A stretch of DNA of 64,000 nt from the human T2T-CHM13v2.0 reference genome, Homo sapiens. Position numbers and translations under genes: made by a program. The stretch lies in NCBI RefSeq assembly GCF_009914755.1, contig NC_060937.1, one strand, 5' to 3'. A model generated the notes under the pieces. The model was not told the origin of the DNA, did not search any database, and saw only the letters and a list, made by a program, of their open reading frames with translations. Of the stretch, positions 53,245 through 64,000 are shown in pieces. Every line of letters begins with the position of its first letter. Position 1 is the stretch's first letter.

Positions 53245-55922
53245 CTTAGGTACATTGGATTGCCAAAATGATGCTCAATCTTCTTTAGGTTATATTTTTG
53301 TGAATAATGCTAATATTTGCTCCAAAATTGTATGAGATTTCTAAAATTCTGATGTCTGAGTATATGCTATCAATCATAATTAAAGTTGTTATCTTAAGTT
53401 ATTGTAAACCACAGAGATAACCAAACTTCTTTGTCAATTGTGTTTCTAACTATAACTACCCTGGACATTTTGCTATTCATAGACAATTGTCATCTTGTTT
53501 TAATCCTTTTCAAAGATGGTTCATAATGAACTATAAAACTTTAGCAGGTGCTCTCAAATACAGGCTTCTGATAACTTTGGAGATTGTGACATTGGAATAA
53601 AGGAAAATGTAAAGAAATCATGAAGAGCTGAAATACTCACAAATATCAAGCAACACCAGCGTTAATTAAATGACTGAATTCAGAAAGCTGAAGCAACTTT
53701 TTTGACTTTTGGTTGGAATATTACTGATCCTTGTTGTTCAGAGTCAAGGAAACCTATTTTGAACTATTTATGGCCTTTAATAATTAAATAAGGCATACTC
53801 CTATGAACAAAATTTGAAGCATGTTTCTCCCTGACTGGTTCCTCTAAAATTTGGAAACTATCTGTGGGTATTCTTATGGCAATATACTTGTTGGCATCAG
53901 TGCAATAAGGATCCATTTTTCTTTTGCAACAGGACACAACTGGAAATACTGTTAATTTTACCAAGGCTTTGACTGGAAGGCTATTCTGCCCTTTAAAGAT
54001 TTGAGCTTGACTTACAGAGCCGATAGAAGCCCAATGGTGAAACAGGCCTCATACCCTTGTCTATGCAGTCTCTGTACTGGGTTCCTGACCTGTGGTCAGT
54101 AAAGGATGTTACTTTCTGACAGTCTAGGAGCTCTAAGTTTATCTTGGGACCCTAAGAGGAGAGGAACATCCAACTCACAGGTGTTTGAGGATATAAACCT
54201 GTGCTTGGGCTCCACTTTATGTGTTCTTATCTGAGATTCTTGTGGAACAGACGTCCATCAAAGCCAATCCAAAAGGCCTATGTAGAAACAATTATTCTTA
54301 CTGCACTTTTTGCAAATAATCAGGCCAAGTATAAGTCTAACATCTATTTTGCAAACCACTCATTCCTATCAGAAGTTTTTTTTTTTTAACACATGACTGG
54401 AGAAAGGTAAATCATGTTTTAAAACTTATCATACATTCGTCATTAAATTCTAAAATTCTTTTTTTTTTTTTTTTTTTTTAATTTTTGCCTACATTTTAGA
54501 CTAGCCCTGTTTCTTTCTGTGAAGCAACCAGCAATCTCTGGCTGCAGCTCAGAAAGAACAAGAGGAATGGGTAATGTAAAAATCTGGATTAACATTCTAT
54601 TTCTGAGCAAATCCTGCCAAGTGATGGGAATAAATAGGATGACTATCACTTGGAGGTTTCCTTTCTGGGAAAGCAGGACCAAGGAAGCTAACCAAAGCCA
54701 AGCACCATGCACCCAAATCTTACCAAGCATAACTATAGCCACCAATTATCTGAGTGTGTCACAAGAAATCCTTTCCTCTCCCTTGTTTGAGGAGGGCTGA
54801 GTTCCACAGTTTCACCTTAGCATTCAGCTTATGATAAGGAGTCCGTACAATCCCCCAAGACACATTTTTGTCCCAGCCTCAATTCCAAGCTTCAGGTCAA
54901 AGCCCTAGGAAGGAAAACTGCATCTAAGGAATCCAGAGCCACATGGTAGCAGAGGTTAAAAGGCACAGCACAGGTGAATGTGGCTGATTCCTGCTGATTA
55001 AGCCAACCCCAAGCTTCCTGTTTCATGGATAAAGGCCACGTTAATATCCATGGCATAAATGAGGTCTAGGGAACTCCAAGGCTACTGACAGTAGGTGGGA
55101 AGGAGATATAGGTGAGAGCAGATAATTCTGTTCCTTTTCTCTAGGCGCCCCCTGATTCATGGGTGCAAGCCACTTTTGCACTCATGGTGGCACCTGCCAA
55201 GGTCGTCAGAACTTGGGAATGCAAGGATGGAAGATGGAAAGAGGGCACTCTTCCCTGTCTCCCTCACATACCCCGGTATCTGGTAGCAAGAGAAGAGAAC
55301 CACGGATGCCTGCTACTCTCTTTCTAGATGGGTAGCCATCATCTTCCGTCTGTACCTCTTCCGAATGCATCCTAAACCCTTGGGACTCCTTTAAAAATGC
55401 TTTCTTTTTCCTTTCTTCTCTTTAGTTCTCTCTTCACTAGTAAGTAATTGTGTCTCTGTACTACAGGACACTCCCCTCAGATGCATCCTCCAAACTGGAA
55501 AGAGTTAATTTCCCAAACCTTAAACTGGTTGACTTAGGATTGGGCTCAGGTGAAGGGAACCCAGAAGCCCAACATGCCGGCAAAACAGTAAAGTTTTTTT
55601 AACCAGTCAGGCTTTTGGCTTTCCTCTCCCTGTGCAAACTGGTAAAAGGCCTCGGAATTTTTGATCTGTCCTTACCCCTCCCCTTGTTTTGTTTTGATAC
55701 TTGTTTTCTAATAAACCGGTTTGTCTGTTCTTGCCTTCAGGCCATCAAACTCCAAACAGTCATGCAATTGGAGCCTCTGATGATGGCCCCATCTGCCGGG
55801 AACCCTTAGATAAGCCCCTGAGGGACCTCAGACTGCCGTTTCCACAAAACGGCGTCCCCTGTCAGCAGGAAGCAGTTCTTCGTCCTTAACTGCAGTTAGA
55901 TGTACTTCTTTAGAGGGAGGAA

Positions 55923-56249
55923 GGAGACAGTCAGGTGGGAGGGGGTCCCTGGGGAAACTCTAGCCAGCCTGCGCACTGAGTTGGAGCCTCGGGAAGTTCA
56001 TGTTTGTAGCAGAGAGGAGCCTGGCCCCTCCTCTTCCTGGGTGGAAACTGGGATTGGAATGGCTGAGTGGGAAACACTCTAGCAAGCTACTCTGGCCTAG
56101 TGAGAGTCCCTGTTTCCCCCCTTTATTTTCCTTTTCACCCAATAAAACCCTGTCTGACTCAACATTCAAATTGTCTGCGAGCCTGAAGTTTTGTGGCGGT
56201 GGGACAAAGAACCTCATCTTTAGCTGAAGTAAGGAAAAGTCCTGCAATA
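55923..56249 (+). mobile_element. MER61 3' LTR
   Basis: Colinear with 50599-50926 (roughly 80% identical by eye). AATAAA at 56141. Ends GGAAAAGTCCTGCAATA. Confidence 0.88.
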
Positions 56250-58834
56250 ACTGGACATTCTGTATCTCATCTGGCAGCCTAACTTTAGTGTTATTAAAAT
56301 CCGAGCACTCATGTATTTGTCAGCCACACTAATATGCGTAATTCTCAATCACTGGCAGAAATACATGTTAAAATAGCATTAAGGTAAATTTGGGGGAGTT
56401 TAGACAAATTACTATGGTTTCTTAAAAAATTTCAAATTGTTTTGAAACTCTAGATAATTTTATGTATTTATTAAGGTGCATATGTATGTTTGTATGTATC
56501 TAAAGATAAAGATATTAATTTGATATTATGAGAATATATTCTTTATAATTAGTAATTTTATTTTCTGTAATATAACTTTATTTTGAGGTATTTAAAAAGT
56601 TAATTTTATACTTCTAAGAGTTACTGATATCAGCAAGTTTCTTCATTTTTAGATATAGCTACTGATTTACATATCTATTTATCTATCATTTTTACCACTC
56701 TCAAATTACTATAAACACGGATATACAAATAATACTTTTCCCCCATAGGGAAGATTACATATCCAGGGTTAAGTAAATGCCATTTCTCTTTATTACTTCT
56801 TGGAAGAATGGATCACATGACAGCAGCTATGGAAATGAGATTCCATGCAGTACACCAGGGAAAGTTGACATTACCCTTACTTTACACTAGGAGGCATAAA
56901 TGTTACTATAGATTTTTCCACCACACTAAACATACTACATTTATGATTCCTTAAAGAAGCTTAAACATGATAAAATATTACTAACTTTAAAATTTTTATA
57001 GTAAACAATATTCAAAGATAATTCTTTTTTTAGAAATAAAGTCACATTTGAGATTGACAGCTTCTAGCAGACAAAGCTATGTCCTTGCTTGTTTTATATC
57101 AATAGCTTAACTACATTAAGTAATATTATAGAAGATTATCCTGTGGTACCCCCTTTTAAAATAAAATGGTAGTAAAACATTAAAGTGTACGGTGAAAAGT
57201 TAATATTGAAGAATTCCTTTAAAATCATAAAGTGAGCATAACTGCTTTTAAGAAAAACAATGAACACACTGTAGCAAAAACATGTTTTACTATTAATTTT
57301 ATTAGTCTTTAGAAAATGGGTGTTTTGGAGCCCCATCAGGCATGGTAAATACAAAGAAAAAATTACTTAAAAATAATTTTTAAAATAAAACTTTTAGAAT
57401 TTGAAACTAACAATTTTCTAGAATTTTATTTATTTTTTAAGTGTGTAACACTGATTTTATAGTTCAAAATTCACCATGGTCATTTTTTAAGCTTGAAACT
57501 TTGCTAAATAATTAAGATACATGTTTTTCTGCTTCTACAACTTTTCAGTACCTATTGATAAGAATAATGATAATTAAATGTAGTAATTTTGTAAATTAAG
57601 CCTGCATTATATGCTAGCAAACCTGTGGCTCTGAGGTCAATGAATTAGGACCTAGGTTAATCTGACTCCATAGTCTGTGTTCTTAATCGCATTTCTACAT
57701 TACTTCCAAAAAATCCACCATTAACTATGTGTAGAGCTCAAATATCCCTGGAACTTTCAAATAATTTTCTGGCTGTACATTCTTAATTTTTTGATCTTTG
57801 CTCCCATCCTGCCCCCACCTCTGCCTGGCCTAAATATAAGGTTGCAGTGATTTCTTTCTTAACCTACTTCTGTCTCCTCTAATTATCATACTTAGAATTT
57901 TATTCACTTTCTATGTTGTCAGTTTTCAATTTCCAATTTTCAATCACATTTCTAGTTCCAAATAATCTTGCCCAGCAGCTCAGACTTTAAAATTAAAATA
58001 AAAAGAGTTAATTCCTAATCTGATTTTATTTTATATTCTCTTTTTTAATTATGCAATTTTCCATAAATCTTGCAAATCAAAGAAATACTCTCAATTTTTC
58101 CTTTCATCTCCTATATCCAAATGAAATTTATCCTAGACTTTCCAAAATTCAAAATCTGGGCCCAACCTATGTCTCAATCCATTTATTCTGTTCAAGTAAG
58201 TGACAATTCATTTACCGTCACTTACTTGAACAGTTTATCATTTATTGAGCATCTACTGTGTTTCAGGCCCTTTAATTTTTATAAGAATATTTTCAGATAT
58301 TAGTAGGCTCATTTTGGTGGTTAAGTATCTGAGACTTAAAGACCATGTTGACACTAATTTTACATGGATATGCTCTAAAGAAACTGAGATTTTAACTTCT
58401 ATGCCCTACTGGCCATGACTTTTTATAGGACAAAGAAGGCTACATTGCATACAAACACACACACACATACACACACAGACTTTACTTCAGTAAGATCTAT
58501 TCATCCCATGTCACTTGTTTAAAGTATCACTTTATCTATAGAATCTTTATTGATTCTTTATCCAAGGCTTATTCTATGCTAAAACCCACTCTTTGTATGC
58601 TTACTAGTATTTATTCTAACACACTAATTTTATTGGTATCTAGTACTTTCTCTCCTACAAAAATCAGTGTTCCTTTTTTTTTTGTCTTTTTTTATGGTTT
58701 ATAAAATCTTCATAGCATCACTGCTTCATAGCTCATAGAACAAAATTGCAAAACAATTTCAGGAACCTCACAAATTCCTAAAAATCTACTTGTGGTCCTC
58801 TTGGACCAAGTAACACAGACTAAGAATTCTTGCA

Positions 58835-58965
58835 CTAAACTGGAAGTTGTTTAAGCTTACTGAGTCTTGGTTTTAATGTCTATCCCCCAAACCTAACGTA
58901 CTACCTAGTACATAATTGACTTAACATGAATGTTTGCAGAATGAATAGATAAATGAATTAAAAAA
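58835..58965 (+). mobile_element. L2 3' terminus
   Basis: ACCTAGTACATAATTGACTTAACATGAATGTTTGCAGAATGAATAGATAAATGAAT. Confidence 0.6.
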
Positions 58966-59067
58966 TGGGTGAATTATGTAAAGCTCAAATGAATAATGTA
59001 TACGAAGATATATCAAGGTAACATTTATATAAGTTTAATGTAAGTTTCTAAAAGTTTAATATAGACT

Positions 59068-59380
59068 ATGGCAGACAAACTCTAGGGTGATTCCTCATGA
59101 TCCCCACCTCCTGATGTTTATGACCATTTGTCACCTTGAGTGTAGGCAAGACATGAGGCTTGCTTCTAACCAACAAAGTAAAGCAAAGATGATGGAAAAT
59201 CACTCTGACGGTTATGTTACATTACATAAGACTCTATCTTGATACAGACATACTATAGAGACCTTGTCTCTCTAGCTGGCCTTGAAGAAATAAGTAGTAA
59301 TGTTAACAGGTCTACATGGCTAGCAGCTGAGTGTGACCTCTAAGAGCTGAAGGCAATCCCCAGCTGACAGGCATGGAGAA
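59068..59380 (+). mobile_element. MLT1E/F-like MaLR LTR, 5' part
   Basis: ATGATCCCCACCTCCTG, CCTTGAGTGTAGGCAAGAC, CTTGCTTCTAACCAA, GCTGGCCTTGAAGAA, CCTCTAAGAGCTGA. Confidence 0.75.
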
Positions 59381-59743
59381 TAGAAAAGTGACCAAATAGT
59401 CCCTAGAGATTAATGAGGAGACAATTGCTAATCAAATAACTGTACCTATTTTCTTTGAGGAAAAGGTATAAGGTTCATGATAAGAAAGTATTGTTCCAGT
59501 GAAAAGAACACTGATAGAGGAGTCGGCGTATATGAGTTTTATTGTAGACTCATAAACTATGTGGCTTCAGGCAAAGCACTTTCCTTTTTATGCCTCTGTA
59601 TAAAACACTGTTATACAGGATGATCTGTAGGGTCCTAAGATCTAAATTTTTATTAATCTAGTACCAAAGACAAACAAAAAACAAAGCAAAACAAAAACAC
59701 TAAAAACTGCAGAAGTAGTTCTCTCACAAGTTATTTATCCTAT

Positions 59744-61176
59744 TGAGAGGTGACAGAATGCTGGCAGTCCTCACAGCCCTGGCTCGCTCTCAGCGCCTCC
59801 TCTGCCTGGGCTCCCACTTTGGTGGCACTTGATGAGCCCTTCAGCCCACCACTGCACTGTGGGAGCCCCTTTCTGGGCTGGCCAAGGCTGGAGCCGGCTC
59901 CCTCAGCTTGCAGGGAGGTGTGGAGGAAGAAGCGCCAGCGGGAACCGGGGCTGCGCGTGGGGCTTGCGGGCCAGCTGGAGTTCCGGGTGGGCGTGGGCTT
60001 GGTGGGCCCCGCACTCGGAGCAGCCGGCCGGCCCTGTTGGCCCAGGGCAATGAGGGGCTTAGCACCCGGGCCAGCGGCTGCGGAGTGTGTACTGGGTCCC
60101 CCAGCAGTGCTGGCCCACGGGCACTGCACTCGATTTGTCACCGGGCCTTGGCTGCCTCCCTGCGGGACAGGGCTTGAGACCTGCAGCCCGCCATGCCTGA
60201 GCCTCCCCCGCTCCGTGGGCTCCTGTGCGGCCGAGGAGCCTACCCTACGAGTGCAGCCCCCTGCTCCACGGCGCCCAGTCCCATCGACCACCCAAGGGCT
60301 GAGGAGTACAGGCCCACAGCGTGGGACTGGCAGGCAGCTCCACCTGCAGCCCCGGTGCAGGAGCCACTGGGTGAAGCTAGCTGGGCTTCTGAGTCTGGTG
60401 GGGACGTGGAGAACCTTTGTGTCTAGCTCAGGGATTGTAAATACACCAATCGGCACTCTGTCTCTAGCTCAAGGTTTGTAAACACACCAATCAACACCCT
60501 GTGTCTAGCTCAGGGTTTGTGAATGCACCAATCCACACTCTGTATCTAGCTACTCTGGTGGGGACTTGGAGAACCTTTTGTGTGGACACTCTGTATCTAG
60601 CTAATCTGGTGGCCTAGTGGAGAACCTTTGTGTGTAGCTCAGGGATTGTAAACGCACCAATCAGCGCCCTGTCAAAACAGACCACTGGTCTCTACCAATC
60701 AGCAGGATGTGGGTGGGGCCAGATAAGAGAATAAAAGCAGGCTGCCCGGGCAGGCAGTGGCAATCCGCGCTGGTGGACTTTCCCACTGTGGAAGCGTTGT
60801 TCTTTCTCTCTTTGGAATAAATCTTGCTGCTGCTCACTCTTTGTGTCCACACTGCCTTTATGAGCTGTAACACTCACCGCAAAGGTCTGCAGCTTCACTC
60901 CTGAAGCCAGCGAGACCACGAACGCACCGGGAGGAACGAACAACTCCAGACGGGCCCCCTTAAGAGCTGTAACACTCACGGTGAAGGTCTGCAGCTTCAC
61001 TCCTGAAGCCCGCGAGACCGCGAACCCACCAGAAGGAAGAAACTCCGAACACATCCGAACATCAGAAAGAACAAACTCCAGACACGCCGCCTTTAAGAAC
61101 TGTAACACTCACCGCGAGGGTCCGCGGCTTCATTCTTGAAGTCAGTCAGACCAACAACCCACCAATTCCGGACACA
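59744..61176 (+). mobile_element. Full-length solo LTR12C (ERV9)
   Basis: TGAGAGGTGACAG...CCAATTCCGGACACA, 1433 bp. 4-bp TSD CTAT at 59740-59743 and 61177-61180. GC/CpG-rich 5' half, CCAAT-containing U3 repeats and U5 repeats (GCTGTAACACTCACC...). Confidence 0.96.
60400..60770 (+). promoter_or_regulatory. LTR12 enhancer/promoter module
   Basis: CCAAT (NF-Y) at 60446, 60487, 60528, 60657 and 60695; GGGTGGGG at 60711; AGATAA at 60721; AATAAA TATA-like box at 60730. This is the known ERV9 promoter layout. Activity is not shown by the sequence. Confidence 0.7.
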
Positions 61177-61407
61177 CTATCAGCCGACTATTTGACCAAC
61201 ACATTGTGTTAACATTTAATTTCTCAAGCTTCTTAAAGATAAGATGAGTGTCCTATAATTAAAAATGCATCCCCAGTAGTGATTGTGTTGAGTCATGTAC
61301 TATGTTAAACCATGTATTCACTGAAGGATGTTTTTCTGAATAGCAAAAGCTGTGGAGTCAGACACTCCTGAGTTCATATTTTGGGGCTCACCTGCTGGCA
61401 AGTAGGC

Positions 61408-61714
61408 TTTTTCTTTTTCTTTTTTTTTTGTTAAGAGACAGAATGTTGTCATTTCACCTGGGCTGGAGTGCCTGGGCACGATCATAGCTTACTGCAAGCT
61501 CAAACTCCAAGGCTCAGGCAATCCCCCCACCTCAGCCTCCTTAGTAGCTAGGACTGCAGGCACAAACAACTTCACTTGGCTAATTTTTAATTTTTTTTGT
61601 ACAGACACGGTCTTGTTATGTTGCTCAGCCTGGTCTCCAACTCCTGGCTTCAAGTTTTGTCCTGCCTCAGCCTCCCAAATCGCTGGAATTATAGGCCTGA
61701 GCCACTGCACCCGA
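61408..61714 (-). mobile_element. AluJ inserted in a MIR relic
   Basis: Diverged full antisense Alu. Flanks TGTGGAGTCAGAC..CCTGAGTTCA and CTGAATTTCAGTTTACTTAT are MIR-like. Confidence 0.87.
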
Positions 61715-62899
61715 GTCATACTCAGCAGTTTTAGACAAATAACAAAATTTCTGAATTTCAGTTTACTTATAATACTATTTAATTTACAGTATTAGTGGGG
61801 GATCATATACAATGAATCAAAATATTTACAAGAATTCCTGGGTCATAAACAGGACTTATTAAATATTAACCATAAATGTCAGGTATTAAAACTATACTCA
61901 GTGAGAAGTTCATCAACTGATTAGTAACATAGTCTAGATAAAGTCAGAGGCACATGACAAGCAGGATTTTCAAAGTAAATATAACTTGTAATTTTGCACA
62001 TGATTAAACAGCAGAAAATCCTTTAAAATAACATTTAAAGAAATATCAGATACAGAAATAACTCTATTCATGATTCTCAATGGGACAAGATTAAGACTTA
62101 ATTTTGAATTAGTGGTAATAACTGTTCCTGATCTGAACACATAATTGTTTTTGTCTGCTTTTGAATTAGTGAAATTCTTTCATCATCCTAGTTATATTTG
62201 TTTAAAAAATAAGAATCCTCAAATGAAAGTCATTTTACCATTTTCTTAGAATTAATGGTTTCATTGAATTTTACATAGAGTTTATGATCATGTTAATGAG
62301 TTAACTTCTTAAGTAAATATGATTTACTGCTACTTGGGAATGGAATAAATCTTCCCCTGCAGTAAAAGGTAACAAAATTCAGTGCGATAAATACTGCACA
62401 TTGTGTGCTTCATTTGTAGGGCAGTTGATTAAGTGTGCTCTAGGTCTTGGATATACTTAGAACACAGAGACACTATCTATTTGGTTGCCAGAAGGATAGC
62501 GGTCATGCCCTGCCTTCAACTTCTCTTGGGCACCCTACAGGCAGAAAAGCACAGACATTTGTGGTTAACAGTTTTATTGCTAAGTTCCAGAGGGAACTTT
62601 CGAAAGACTTTATTTTACTTAAAAGGTCTTTAATGGAGCAGTTATCAGTTTATGTTCTAGTCTTACAAATACACATGTAATTACTGAAAATCTCTGCTTA
62701 ATTGCAACTTCATTAGAAACATACTTAAATATAAGAAATATGCTTGCTATATACAAAAACATCCATCCATACTTGTGTACAGTGTATAGTAAACCTTATT
62801 TTTGAATCAAAACAATAGAGAAAGAAAGAGGAAATAAAATGTGAGCTCAAGTATTTCATATATTGATTCCGAGTTTTATACCAGTCTGCCACTATGTAC

Positions 62900-63360
62900 T
62901 TAACCTTTGTATTCTGGAAAATTTAAAACACGTAAAAAAATAGAGAGCCTAATGTAATAACCACCCATATAGCCATCACCCAATCTCAACAGCTACTAAT
63001 ATTTTATTGTTTAATGTATTCCCATTATTATTATTATTTTGATAGAGTAATATTAAGGCAAATTCCAGACATCATATTGTTTCTTTTATAAACTCTTCAT
63101 AATCGATCACTATCAATGATAACTTTCTTTTAACAAAATACAATTCTATTATTATTTCTAACAAACAATAATTTTAAAATATCATTTAAAAGCCAGCCCA
63201 CACTCTTATATCTACAATTATCTCAAAATTTTGGTATCTTTTTATGATACTGAAGAAAGGAACAAACCAACAAAATTTTAGGTCACCATTAGAGGTTTTT
63301 AGGGTACAACATCATTCTGTAAGTTGATATTCAAATCAAATATGTATATTGCATTTCCTG
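62900..63360 (-). mobile_element. Old L1M 3'-end relic
   Basis: ACCCATATAGCCATCACCCAATCTCAACA, TAAGGCAAATTCCAGACATCATAT, TCTACAATTATCTCAAAA. Confidence 0.55.
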
Positions 63361-63643
63361 TAAGAACGGTATTTCAGGCTAGTCAATAATTAGTGGAGGG
63401 AAGTTCTTCACATATGTTCTTTAAAACCACTTGGCAAAAAAGAAATAATCTCTTTTTCATATCTATCCACTGTACATTTAAATTGAATGCTGATGTAATC
63501 GTTTTATCAATAAACACAAATATAATTTTACACAATTATTTTTGATAATAACTTTGAAATGTTAATATATGTTGGGTTTTTTTTTCATATATACATATAT
63601 GTATTCCTTTGCCTACTCCACTTTTGGCCAACATATAGTGGAA

Positions 63644-63944
63644 TTTTTTTTTTTTTTTTGATACACAGTCTCACTCTGTCACCCAGGCTGTAGTGCTGTG
63701 GTGCCATCTTGGCTCACTGCAATTTCCACCTCCTGGGTTCAAGTGATTCTAGTGCCTCAGCCTCCTGAGTAGCTGGGATTACAGGCACGCACCACCACAC
63801 CTGGCTCATTTTTTTTGTATTTTTAGTAGAAACAGGGTTTCACCGTGTTGGCCAGGCTGGTCTTGAACTCCTGACCTCAAATGATCTGTCCTCCTCAGCC
63901 TCCCAAAGTGCTGTGATTAAAGATGTGAGCCATGGCACCTGGCC
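63644..63944 (-). mobile_element. AluS (Sx/Sz-like)
   Basis: Poly-T and full dimer ending ...CCTGGCC. Confidence 0.92.
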
Positions 63945-64000
63945 TATATGTTGGCTTTATAATTCATTGATTAGATGAGGATGAGATAGGATGGAGAACA

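Larger units (their letters stand above)
50599..56249 (+). mobile_element. MER61-type (MER4 group, ERV1) non-autonomous provirus with both LTRs
   Basis: 5' LTR 50599-50926 and 3' LTR 55923-56249. 4-bp TSD ACTG at 50595-50598 and 56250-56253. PBS-like TGGCATGCAAAGTGGGGG at 50931; polypurine tract AGAGGGAGGAA before the 3' LTR. AT-rich MER4-type interior with no long ORF. Confidence 0.88.
50458..56281. mobile_element. MER53 MITE split by an ERV (halves 50458-50598 and 56250-56281)
   Basis: Left part GTTGCCAGATAAAATACAG...CAGTTAAATTTGAATTTCAGA...TTGTTTATCTGAAATTTAAATTTAACTG resumes after the provirus as ACTGGACATTCTGTATCTCATCTGGCAGCCT. Confidence 0.85.

Noticed and set aside
59740-60481. Longest ORFs in the window (238 aa minus, 243 aa plus, and overlapping frames)
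   Set aside because: They lie in the GC-rich U3 of LTR12C, where stops are rare in all frames. The products are low-complexity Pro/Gly/Ala/Arg with no recognisable domain.
60400-61120. Regularly spaced repeats that superficially resemble a CRISPR array
   Set aside because: They are the internal U3 and U5 tandem repeats of LTR12. There are no unique spacers or cas genes, and the DNA is eukaryotic.

Overview
This is AT-rich primate (hominoid, most likely human) nuclear DNA that looks intergenic or deep-intronic. I find no credible protein-coding exon, RNA gene or CRISPR array. The ORF track is explained by Alu, L1 and LTR sequence plus chance ORFs. Much of the window is interspersed repeat: two co-oriented LTR12 (ERV9) LTRs about 61 kb apart, a THE1B solo LTR, MLT1 LTRs, an ERV1-type LTR, about 12 Alus, L1PA/L1MA/L1MC fragments, L2/MIR relics, and Tigger3b carrying a nested MER30. 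There is also a three-level nest: a MER53 split by a 5.65-kb MER61 provirus, which itself carries a solo LTR10C. Several structures are not explained by a repeat annotation. (i) A 1.4-kb TPRT insertion at 34852-36249 has a perfect 16-bp TSD, poly(A) tail, AATAAA and a TTCT/AA nick site, yet its cargo is two ancient unrelated L1M fragments; this suggests an orphan transduction or a retrocopy of a non-coding RNA. (ii) A 240-bp fold-back at 18450-18689 reconstructs as a template-switch event in an old L1 3' end. (iii) A 40-bp templated insertion was copied into an Alu from 779 bp away. (iv) Three further short paired duplications lie at 1-2 kb spacing. I see no evidence for a new multi-gene biological system. 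Repeat family names are from recall of consensus sequences and need RepeatMasker/Dfam confirmation.
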